Shown here piece by piece: positions 1 through 9,900 of a DNA stretch of 64,000 nt. How positions within the stretch are numbered: position 1 is the stretch's first letter; each line of letters opens with the position of its first letter. The stretch is from Eledone cirrhosa. Lineage: Eukaryota. The DNA is taken from the NCBI GenBank assembly GCA_964016885.1, contig OZ024740.1:26164001-26228000 (forward strand), written 5' to 3'. A program made the translations under genes and the position numbers. The notes beneath the pieces were generated by a model that was not told the origin of the DNA, ran no database searches, and was given only the letters and a program-made list of their open reading frames with translations.

Positions 1-1297
1 GTGTTTGCGAAGGACACGGAATCAAACACTCGACAATGACGGAAATGAGAAGGAAGGATTGTTACCGCAGAGTAAGAGCAATCTTAAGAACGGAGTTGAA
101 TGCAAGAAATAGAATCCATGCCATAAACACACTTGCCATACCAGTAGTAACTTACAGTTTCAATATTATCAACTGGTCAAGCACAGAGATCTGTAAACTC
201 GATATGAAAATTAAAAAATTCTTCACCATGCATAGAGTGCATCACCCTAAGGCAGATACAGATAGAACATATCTCCCTAGGAAAAAGGAGGACGTGGATT
301 AATCCAGATATTTCTTTGAAAACTGCAACAATTGGATTATCTACATATCTAAGGGAAACACATGATTAGATGATCAAACTCGTTTTCGAAACATGAATGT
401 AACAAAGGATTATACACCATTACAAAAGATGCACAAAGATACAATAAAGAACGACACATTTAAGAAGTTCCCTTTACTGCTGAAATGAAAAACACAGAAA
501 AAGCAAAGCAGGTAAAAGCAACTGAGAAGAATGATCTGCTACAGAAACTGGCTAAGTAATGGCAAGAAAAGCTTCTGTATGGAAAATACCCAGAAAGAGC
601 TAACAATCCTAATATCGACAAAACTTTCACCCATCAGTGGTTGGGATTATCTGGACTGAAAACAGAGACTGAAAGACTGATTATATCAGCACAAGATCAG
701 TGTCTGCCAACAGAAAATTATCAAGCCAACATCATAAGAAATGGATACAACCCATTATGCCGTGTACGTAAAAGCAACCAGAGACCATTTATCATATAAT
801 CTCAATGTGCAGGCTTATAGCTCCAACCGAATACCTAAACAGGCATGACAGAGCTGAACAATACATACATTGGGTAATGTGTAAGCATTTTGACCTGCAC
901 CATAAAAAGAGTTGGTGGGGCATCAACCACCTCCTGTACTTGAACAATTTTTTGGAACTCTATCGTCCAAACAGACCGAAAAATAGATGCAAATGAACCT
1001 GATATAATACTGAAGGACTTTAAAAAGAGGGTATGCCTGCTAATTGATATGCCCGTTCCTATAGACAAGAATGTATCTATAAAAACATAAAAAATATTGA
1101 GCAAGTATAAAGACCTGGAAATAGAGATTAGAAACATGTGGAAGTTGAGAACTAAAGCAATACCAGAGGTTGTAGGCGCTCTAGGAATGATATCTAATGA
1201 TTAATTATCCCAAATCCCAGGAAAGCCGCGTATAGAAGAAATACAAAAGATAGTACGAATGGGAACTGTACATATAAGGAAGATTCTGTCAATATAA
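1..1297 (+). pseudogene. Disrupted RT / CCHC / RLE-endonuclease ORF of the retrotransposon
   Basis: In-frame stops at 367-369 (TAG), 557-559 (TAA) and 1088-1090 (TAA). Frameshifts near 285 (RK/GGRGL), near 780 (inside the zinc knuckle) and between ~920-955. The second knuckle Cys reads CGT (767-769). Track ORFs 36..302 and 805..996 are fragments of this frame. Confidence 0.88.
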
Positions 1298-1431
1298 ATA
1301 CATCACAAGCGTAAACACCTAGATACATGTGTGTCTATGTGTTTTTTCTTGAACATGGCGGACCTTGTTGTCTTTTGAGGTCACTGGTTGTGACTTGGTG
1401 ATAACTCGTATGAACATAAAACAAATTTATG

Positions 1432-1443
1432 AAAAAAAAAAAA
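1432..1443 (+). repeat. Poly(A) tract (A12), probable retrotransposon tail
   Basis: Twelve consecutive A, ~135 bp after the element's stop codon. Confidence 0.75.
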
Positions 1444-1748
1444 TTATTATTTCATTTATTGGCCACAAAGACCGATATGTACGGGACAATACAAAGACGG
1501 GGACAGTGGGGGTTTACAGTAAGCTCGAGTAAAAGTGCACAATAGCAAAACCAATTTAACAATGAAGATATAAAATAAACCATGTTTAAACATAACAAAA
1601 TAAATTCCCCAATAGGGGGGGGGGGGGTGAACCACCCAAAGGCGACTCAGGTACCACACCAATCCTGAACCACCCGACGCTTCTAGGGCACCCTGGTAGG
1701 GTAGGCCTCTCCTCCTCAAATCAACCAGCCTACAGGTGGCGTAGGCGA
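1444..1748 (-). mobile_element. Probable 3' end (3' UTR) of a second retroelement on the minus strand
   Basis: The minus strand ends ...CTTTGTGGCC AATAAA TGAAATAATAAT, a canonical poly(A) signal (1455-1460) followed by an A-rich/(TAA)-like tail. The segment is more GC-rich than its flanks and contains a G13 run (1615-1627). No coding motif was recognised, so family and right boundary are uncertain. Confidence 0.4.
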
Positions 1749-1770
1749 GAAGAAGAAGATGATGATGATG
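1749..1770 (+). repeat. Compound microsatellite (GAA)3(GAT)4
   Basis: GAAGAAGAAGATGATGATGATG read directly. Confidence 0.8.
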
Positions 1771-1904
1771 TGGATATTCGTAAATAGATGTGATACTCAG
1801 GACTAGAAGTATTTTGTCACATGTCTGTGTCTTAATTAAAAACAAGCCACCGTGTTTAATATTACATATACTTTTGTGAGGTAACGCCAACAACTAAAAA
1901 TACT

Positions 1905-2088
1905 TTACGTGGTCGCTCGGGCTGCTAGAAATGAAAGAAGAATCTTCATCACATCTCTTCCGAATGTTTAAAATGAACGAAGGACACGTTTGTTAGTGCC
2001 GTACTTGATATACAAGAAGCAAACGGTTGCTCGTGGCGTAAAAGACTCAATCGGGGATGATTTGAGGTTAAACAATAACCACAACAAT
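1905..2088 (+). mobile_element. Degenerate SINE-like fragment, copy 1, ending in an (AAC)-like tail
   Basis: GGTCGCTCGGGCTGCTAGAAAT...AAGGACAC...ATCGGGGATGATTTGAGGTTAAACAATAACCACAACAA. 1922-1959 aligns without gaps to 2180-2217 (CTGCTAG.AAT-N7-GAATCT.C.T.A.ATC.C.T). It resembles an abundant Octopus interspersed repeat as I recall it; this is not verified. Confidence 0.55.
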
Positions 2089-2100
2089 ATTGATTTAGTG

Positions 2101-2167
2101 TATACAGGGTGTCCCCAAAAATTGTATACACGATTTTATTAGAATGGTGTTGGGGACACTTTATATA
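2101..2167. mobile_element. Very short Tc1/mariner-type MITE (~63 bp plus flanking TA)
   Basis: TA-TACAGGGTGTCCCCAA (2103-2118) ... TTGGGGACACTTTATA (2150-2165)-TA. The 16-bp inverted termini match 13/16 with a perfect 10-bp core and transition-only mismatches. TA is present on both sides, and CAGGGTG starts are typical of Tc1/mariner TIRs. Confidence 0.65.
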
Positions 2168-2169
2168 TG

Positions 2170-2305
2170 TTCACACGAACTGCTAGTAATAGCAACTGAA
2201 TCTCCCTGAAATCACATTCTATTGGATTATATAAGAGAGGATAAACTAGTTGAATTAATTCTACATTGGGACTGACGGCTGGAATGGTTTTATCAATCAG
2301 AAATG
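2170..2305 (+). mobile_element. Degenerate SINE-like fragment, copy 2
   Basis: CTGCTAGTAATAGCAACTGAATCTCCCTGAAATCACA...GACGGCTGGAATGGTTTT. Homologous by eye to 1922-1959, same recalled repeat family as copy 1. Confidence 0.55.
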
Positions 2306-3469
2306 TTGCAATTCAGCAGCTGGCGCGAAACGGCATCAACACCACTACTACAGTATCGATTAACACCAATACCACACATTACCACTAACACCACCACTAC
2401 CACAACAACAACACCACTACTACAGTATCGATTAACACGAATATCACACATTACCACTAACCCCACCACTACCACAACAACAACACCACTACTACAGTAT
2501 CGATTAACACCAATACCACACATTACCACTAACCCCACCACTACCACAACAACAACACCACTACTACATTATCGATTAACACCAATACCACTCATTACCA
2601 CTAACCCCACCACTACCACAACAACAACACCACTACTACATTATCGATTAACACCAATACCACTCATTACCACTAACCCCACCACTACCACAACAACAAC
2701 ACCACTACTACAGTATCGATTAACACCAATACCACACATTACCACTAACGCCACCACTACCACAACAACAACACCACTACTACAATATCGATTAACACCA
2801 ATACCACACATTACCACTAACCCCACCACTACCACAACAACAACACCACTACTACAGTATCGATTAACACCAATACCACACATTACCACTAACGCCACCA
2901 CTACCACAACAACAACATCACTACTACATTATCGATTAACACCAATACCACACATTACAGCTAACGCCACCACTACCACAACAACAACACCACTACTACA
3001 GTATCGATTAACACCAATACCACACATTACCACTAACGCCACCACTACCACAACAACAACACCACTAGTACAGTATCGATTAACACCAATACCACACATT
3101 ACCACTAACGCCACAACTACCACAACAACAACACCACTACTACAGTATCGATTAACACCAATACCCCACATTACCACTAACGCCACCACTACCACAACAA
3201 CAACAACACCACTACTACAGTATCGATTAACACCAATACCACACATTACCACTAACGCCACCACTACCACAACAACAACAACACCACTACTACAGTATCG
3301 ATTAACACCAATACCACACATTACCACTAACGCCACCACTACCACAACAACAACAACATTACCAGAAAACCATCATCAACAACACCACCACATGCACCTC
3401 CCTCATTACTTCAAACATAACACATTCGATCAATCAATCACTAATGATGTAAAAAATCGATCTATATAA
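2303..3469 (+). CDS. Doubtful 388-aa Thr/Pro-rich (mucin-like) ORF spanning the minisatellite; probably non-coding
   Basis: ATG-to-stop ORF with 14 x (TPLLQYRLTPIPHITTNxTTTTTT) and a His-rich tail. The open frame follows automatically from a stop-free 72-bp unit. No signal peptide or domain is visible, and the ATG lies at the end of a SINE-like fragment. Confidence 0.12.
   Translation: MLQFSSWRETASTPLLQYRLTPIPHITTNTTTTTTTTPLLQYRLTRISHITTNPTTTTTTTPLLQYRLTPIPHITTNPTTTTTTTPLLHYRLTPIPLITTNPTTTTTTTPLLHYRLTPIPLITTNPTTTTTTTPLLQYRLTPIPHITTNATTTTTTTPLLQYRLTPIPHITTNPTTTTTTTPLLQYRLTPIPHITTNATTTTTTTSLLHYRLTPIPHITANATTTTTTTPLLQYRLTPIPHITTNATTTTTTTPLVQYRLTPIPHITTNATTTTTTTPLLQYRLTPIPHITTNATTTTTTTTPLLQYRLTPIPHITTNATTTTTTTTPLLQYRLTPIPHITTNATTTTTTTTLPENHHQQHHHMHLPHYFKHNTFDQSITNDVKNRSI
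2341..3357 (+). repeat. Minisatellite: 14 tandem units (11 x 72 bp, then 3 x 75 bp), C/A-rich
   Basis: Unit ACCACTACTACAGTATCGATTAACACCAATACCACACATTACCACTAAC(C/G)CCACCACTACCACAACAACAAC starts at 2341, 2413, 2485 ... 3061, 3133, 3208, 3283. The last three units carry one extra AAC. Units differ by only a few substitutions. Confidence 0.97.
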
Positions 3470-3916
3470 AAAATGTTGACATCGACGATGAAGACGGCAT
3501 CAGCGATAATGTTGAGGATGATAATGTTGACCTTGTGGCTGATGATTGAGGTTTTGAAGGTGATGATTGTTTAGATAAGATAGGTAGTGGTGGTTGTTTT
3601 GGTGATTGTTAAGATAAGGTAGATAGTGGGTGTTGTTATGCTGATTGTTAAGATAAGGTAGGTAGTGGTGGTGGTTATGGTGATTGTTAAGATGGGGTAG
3701 GTATTGGTGGTTTTTATGGTGATTGTTAAGATGAGGTAGGTAGTGGTGGTTGTTATGGTGATTGTTAAGATACGGTAGGTAGTGGTGGTTGTTATGGTGA
3801 TTGTTTAGATGAGGTAGGTAGTGGTGGTTTTTATGGTGATTGTTAAGATGGGGTAGGTAGTGGTGGTTGTTATGGTGATTGTTAAGATGGGGTAGGTGTT
3901 GGTGGTCGTTATGGTG

Positions 3917-6900
3917 ATTGTTAAGATAAGGTAGGTTGTGGTGGTTGTTATGGTGATTGTTAAGATAAGATAAGTATGGTAGTTGTTATATTGATTGTTA
4001 AGATAAGGTAGGTAGTGGTGGTTGTTATGGTGATTGTTAAGATAAGGTATGTAGTGGTGGTTGTTATGGTGATTAATAAGATGAGCTAGGTAGTGGTGGT
4101 TGTTATAGTGATTGTTAAGATGAGGTAGGTAGTGGTGGTTGTTATGGTGATTGTTAAGATAGGTAGGTAGTGGTGGTTGTTATGGTGATTGTTAAGATGA
4201 GGTAGGTAGTGTTGGTTGTTATGGTGATTGTTAAAATGAGGTAGGTAGTGGCGGTTGTTATGATGATTGTTAAGATGAGGTAGGTAGTGGTGATTGTTAA
4301 GATGAGGTAGTTAGTGGCGGTTGTTATGGTGTTTGTTAAGATGAGGTAGCTAGTGGTGGTTGTTATGATGATTGTTAAGATGAGGTAGTTAGTGGTGGTT
4401 TTTATGGTGATTGTTAAGATGAGCTAGGTAGTGGTGGTTGTTATTGTGATTGTTAAGATGACGTAGTTAGTGGTGGTTGTTATGGCGATTGTTAAGAGTT
4501 GGTAGGTAGTGGTGGTTTTTATGGTGATTGATAAGATGAGGTAGGTAGTGGTGGTTGTTATGATGATTGTTAACATGAGGTAGGTAGTGGTGGTTCTTAT
4601 GGTGCTTGTTAAGATGAGGTAGTTAGTGCTGGTTGTTATAGTGATTGTGATGATAAGGTACGTAATAGTGGTTGTTATGGTGATTGTTAAGATGAGGTAG
4701 GTATTGGTGGTTCTTATGGTGATTGTTAAGATGAGGTAGTTAGTGGTGGTTGCTATGGTGATTGTTAAGATGAGGTAGTTAGTGGTGGTTCATATGGTGA
4801 TTGTTAAGATGAGGTAGTTCGTGGTGGTTGCTATGGTGATTGTTATGATGAGGTAGGTAGTGGTGGTTGTGATGGTGATTGTTAAGATAAGGTAGGTAGT
4901 GATGGTTGTTATGGTGATTGTTAAGATGAGGTAGGTAGCAGTGGTTCTTATGGTGATTGTTAAGATGAGGTATGTAGTGGTGGTTGTTATGATGATTGTT
5001 AAGATGAGGTAGTTAGTGGTGGTTGTTATGGTGATTGTTAAGAAGAGCTAGGTGGTGGTGGTTGTAATGGTGATTGTTAAGATGAGATAGTTAGTGGTGG
5101 TTGTTATGGTGATTTTGATGATAAGGTATGTAGTGGTGGTTGTTATGATGATTGTGATGATAAGGTACGTAATAGTGGTTGTTATGGTGATTGTTAAGAT
5201 GAGGTAGGTAGTAGTGGCTGTTATGGTGATTGTGAAAATAAGGTATGTAGTGGTGTTTGTTATGGTGATTGTTAAGATGAGGTAGGTAGTGGTGATTGTT
5301 ATGGTGATTGTGAAAATAAGGTATGCAGTGGTGTGTGTTATGGTGATTGTTAAGATGAGGTAGGTATTGGTGGTTCTTATGGTGATTGTTCAGATGAGGT
5401 AGTTAGTGGTGGTTGCTATGGTGATTGTTAAGATGAGGTAGTTAGTGGTGGTTCTTATGGTGATTGTTAAGATGAGGTAGTTAGTGGTGGTTGCTATGGT
5501 GATTGTTATGATGAGGTAGGTAGTGGTGGTTGTTATGGTGATTGTTAAGATGAAGTAGGTAGTGATGGTTGTTATGGTGATTGTTAAGATGAGGTAGGTA
5601 GTGGTGGTTGTTATGGTGATTGTTTAGATGAGGTAGGTAGTGATGTTTGTTATGGTGATTGTTTAGATAAGGTAGGTAGTGGTGGTTGTTATGGGGATTG
5701 ATAAGACGAGGTAGGTAGTGGTGGTTGTTATGGTGATTGTTAAGATAAGGTAGGTAGTGGTGGTTGTTATGGTGATTGTTAAGATGAGGTAGGTAGTGGT
5801 GATTGTTAAGATGAGGTTGTTAGTGGCGGTTATGGTGTTTGTTAAGTTGAGGTAGCTAGTGGTGGTTGTTATGATGATTGTTAAGATGAGGTAGTTAGTG
5901 GTGGTTTTTATGGTGATTGTTAAGATGAGCTATGTAGTGGTGGTTGTTATTGTGATTGTTAAGATGACATAGTTAGTGGTGGTTGTTATGGTGATTGTTA
6001 AGAGTTGGTAGGTAGTGGTGGTTTTTATGGTGATTGATAAGATGAGGTAGGTAGTGGTGGTTGTTATGGTGATTGATAAAATGAGGTAGGTAGTGGTGGT
6101 TGTTATGGTGATTGTTAAGATGAGGTAGGTAGTGGTGGTTGTTATGATGATTGTTAACATGAGGTAGGTAGTGGTGGTTCTTATGGTGATTGTTAAGATG
6201 AGTTAGTTAGTGCTGGTTGTTATAGTGATTGTGATGATAAGGTGCGTAATAGTGGTTGTTATGGTGATTGCTATGGTGATTGTTAAGATGAGGTAGTTAG
6301 TGGTGGTTCTTATGGTGATTGTTAAGATGAGGTAGTTCGTGGTGGTTGCTATGGTGATTGTTATGATGAGGTAGGTAATGGTGGTTGTTATGGTGATTGT
6401 TAAGATGAGGTAGGTAGTGATGGTTGTTATGGTGATTGTTAAGATGAGGTAGGTAGCAGTGGTTCTTATGGTGATTGTTAAGATGAGGTAGTTAGTGCTG
6501 GTTGTTATGGTGATTGTTAAGATGAGGTATGTAGTGGTGGTTGTTATGATGATTGTTAAGATGAGGTAGTTAGTGGTGGTTGTTATGGTGATTGTTAAGA
6601 AGAGCTAGGTGGTGGTGGTTGTAATGGTGATTGTTAAGATGAGATAGTAAGTGGTGGTTGTTATGGTGATTTTGATGATAAGGTATGTAGTGGTGGTTGT
6701 TATGATGATTGTGATGATAAGGTACGTAATAGTGGTTGTTATGGTGATTGTTAAGATGAGGTAGGTAGTAGTGGTTGTTATGGTGATTGTGAAAATAAGG
6801 TATGGAGTGGTGTTTGTTATGGTGATTGTTATGATGAGGTAGGTAGTGGTGGTTGTTATGGTGATTGTTAAGATGAGGTAGGTAGTGATGGTTGTTATGG

Positions 6901-9900
6901 TGATTGTTAAGATGAGGTAGGTAGTGGTGATTGTTATGGTGATTGTTTAGATGAAGTAGGTAGTGGTGGTTGTTATGGTCATTGTTAAGATAAGGTAGGT
7001 TGTGGTGGTTGTTATGGTGATTGTTAAGATAAGATAAGTATGGTAGTTGTTATATTGATTGTTAAGATAAGGTAGGTAGTGGTGGTTGTTATGGTGATTG
7101 TTAAGATAAGGTATGTAGTGGTGGTTGTTATGGTGATTAATAAGATGAGCTAGGTAGTGGTGGTTGTTATAGTGATTGTTAAGATGAGGTAGGTAGTGGT
7201 GGTTGTTATGGTGATTGTTAAGATAGGTAGGTAGTGGTGGTTGTTATGGTGATTGTTAAGATGAGGTAGGTAGTGTTGGTTGTTATGGTGATTGTTAAAA
7301 TGAGGTAGGTAGTGGCGGTTGTTATGATGATTGTTAAGATGAGGTAGGTAGTGGTGATTGTTAAGATGAGGTAGTTAGTGGCGGTTGTTATGGTGTTTGT
7401 TAAGATGAGGTAGCTAGTGGTGGTTGTTATGATGATTGTTAAGATGAGGTAGTTAGTGGTGGTTTTTATGGTGATTGTTAAGATGAGCTAGGTAGTGGTG
7501 GTTGTTATTGTGATTGTTAAGATGACGTAGTTAGTGGTGGTTGTTATGGCGATTGTTAAGAGTTGGTAGGTAGTGGTGGTTTTTATGGTGATTGATAAGA
7601 TGAGGTAGGTAGTGGTGGTTGTTATGATGATTGTTAACATGAGGTAGGTAGTGGTGGTTCTTATGGTGCTTGTTAAGATGAGGTAGTTAGTGCTGGTTGT
7701 TATAGTGATTGTGATGATAAGGTACGTAATAGTGGTTGTTATGGTGATTGTTAAGATGAGGTAGGTATTGGTGGTTCTTATGGTGATTGTTAAGATGAGG
7801 TAGTTAGTGGTGGTTGCTATGGTGATTGTTAAGATGAGGTAGTTAGTGGTGGTTCATATGGTGATTGTTAAGATGAGGTAGTTCGTGGTGGTTGCTATGG
7901 TGATTGTTATGATGAGGTAGGTAGTGGTGGTTGTGATGGTGATTGTTAAGATAAGGTAGGTAGTGATGGTTGTTATGGTGATTGTTAAGATGAGGTAGGT
8001 AGCAGTGGTTCTTATGGTGATTGTTAAGATGAGGTATGTAGTGGTGGTTGTTATGATGATTGTTAAGATGAGGTAGTTAGTGGTGGTTGTTATGGTGATT
8101 GTTAAGAAGAGCTAGGTGGTGGTGGTTGTAATGGTGATTGTTAAGATGAGATAGTTAGTGGTGGTTGTTATGGTGATTTTGATGATAAGGTATGTAGTGG
8201 TGGTTGTTATGATGATTGTGATGATAAGGTACGTAATAGTGGTTGTTATGGTGATTGTTAAGATGAGGTAGGTAGTAGTGGCTGTTATGGTGATTGTGAA
8301 AATAAGGTATGTAGTGGTGTTTGTTATGGTGATTGTTAAGATGAGGTAGGTAGTGGTGATTGTTATGGTGATTGTGAAAATAAGGTATGCAGTGGTGTGT
8401 GTTATGGTGATTGTTAAGATGAGGTAGGTATTGGTGGTTCTTATGGTGATTGTTCAGATGAGGTAGTTAGTGGTGGTTGCTATGGTGATTGTTAAGATGA
8501 GGTAGTTAGTGGTGGTTCTTATGGTGATTGTTAAGATGAGGTAGTTAGTGGTGGTTGCTATGGTGATTGTTATGATGAGGTAGGTAGTGGTGGTTGTTAT
8601 GGTGATTGTTAAGATGAAGTAGGTAGTGATGGTTGTTATGGTGATTGTTAAGATGAGGTAGGTAGTGGTGGTTGTTATGGTGATTGTTTAGATGAGGTAG
8701 GTAGTGATGTTTGTTATGGTGATTGTTTAGATAAGGTAGGTAGTGGTGGTTGTTATGGGGATTGATAAGACGAGGTAGGTAGTGGTGGTTGTTATGGTGA
8801 TTGTTAAGATAAGGTAGGTAGTGGTGGTTGTTATGGTGATTGTTAAGATGAGGTAGGTAGTGGTGATTGTTAAGATGAGGTTGTTAGTGGCGGTTATGGT
8901 GTTTGTTAAGTTGAGGTAGCTAGTGGTGGTTGTTATGATGATTGTTAAGATGAGGTAGTTAGTGGTGGTTTTTATGGTGATTGTTAAGATGAGCTATGTA
9001 GTGGTGGTTGTTATTGTGATTGTTAAGATGACATAGTTAGTGGTGGTTGTTATGGTGATTGTTAAGAGTTGGTAGGTAGTGGTGGTTTTTATGGTGATTG
9101 ATAAGATGAGGTAGGTAGTGGTGGTTGTTATGGTGATTGATAAAATGAGGTAGGTAGTGGTGGTTGTTATGGTGATTGTTAAGATGAGGTAGGTAGTGGT
9201 GGTTGTTATGATGATTGTTAACATGAGGTAGGTAGTGGTGGTTCTTATGGTGATTGTTAAGATGAGTTAGTTAGTGCTGGTTGTTATAGTGATTGTGATG
9301 ATAAGGTGCGTAATAGTGGTTGTTATGGTGATTGCTATGGTGATTGTTAAGATGAGGTAGTTAGTGGTGGTTCTTATGGTGATTGTTAAGATGAGGTAGT
9401 TCGTGGTGGTTGCTATGGTGATTGTTATGATGAGGTAGGTAATGGTGGTTGTTATGGTGATTGTTAAGATGAGGTAGGTAGTGATGGTTGTTATGGTGAT
9501 TGTTAAGATGAGGTAGGTAGCAGTGGTTCTTATGGTGATTGTTAAGATGAGGTAGTTAGTGCTGGTTGTTATGGTGATTGTTAAGATGAGGTATGTAGTG
9601 GTGGTTGTTATGATGATTGTTAAGATGAGGTAGTTAGTGGTGGTTGTTATGGTGATTGTTAAGAAGAGCTAGGTGGTGGTGGTTGTAATGGTGATTGTTA
9701 AGATGAGATAGTAAGTGGTGGTTGTTATGGTGATTTTGATGATAAGGTATGTAGTGGTGGTTGTTATGATGATTGTGATGATAAGGTACGTAATAGTGGT
9801 TGTTATGGTGATTGTTAAGATGAGGTAGGTAGTAGTGGTTGTTATGGTGATTGTGAAAATAAGGTATGGAGTGGTGTTTGTTATGGTGATTGTTATGATG

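Larger units (their letters stand above)
1..1443 (+). mobile_element. Degenerate non-LTR retrotransposon with restriction-like endonuclease (R4/Dong-like), 3' portion; continues beyond the left window edge
   Basis: Manual translation across frameshifts gives the RT C-terminal/thumb region (YRRVRAILRTELNARNRIHAINTLAIPVVTYSFNIINW..RTYLPRK/GGRGLIQ), then WQEKLLYGKY..QWL..LKTETERLIISAQDQ, a zinc knuckle CRV(R)..ETIYHIISMC (758-810), YLNRHD, and nuclease motifs TDRKIDANEPDII (PD at 998-1003)..LLIDMPVP..KYKDL..VVGALG. Stop at 1295-1297, ~135-bp 3' UTR, A12 at 1432-1443. Clade assignment is from motif recognition, not a database search. Confidence 0.9.

Noticed and set aside
835-1137. Minus-strand 100-aa ORF
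   Set aside because: It is antisense to the recognisable retrotransposon nuclease region and has no independent motif.
36-1297. Active retrotransposon or domesticated nuclease gene
   Set aside because: It has at least three in-frame stops, several frameshifts and a lost zinc-knuckle cysteine.
1607-1627. CCCC-AATA-G13 hairpin or G-run as a terminator or regulatory site
   Set aside because: It has only a 4-bp stem inside a probable retroelement UTR, homopolymer length is error-prone, and there is no supporting context.
1456-2131. Minus-strand ORFs 1456..1893 and 1949..2131
   Set aside because: They use non-ATG starts and cross a microsatellite, a G13 run and repeat fragments. The poly-His and poly-Pro stretches simply reflect those simple repeats.
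2293-3345. Minus-strand Val-rich ORFs (VVVVALVVMCGIGVNRYCSSG) resembling membrane proteins
   Set aside because: They are antisense translations of the 72-bp minisatellite with GTG starts, interrupted by stops wherever the CAT variant occurs.
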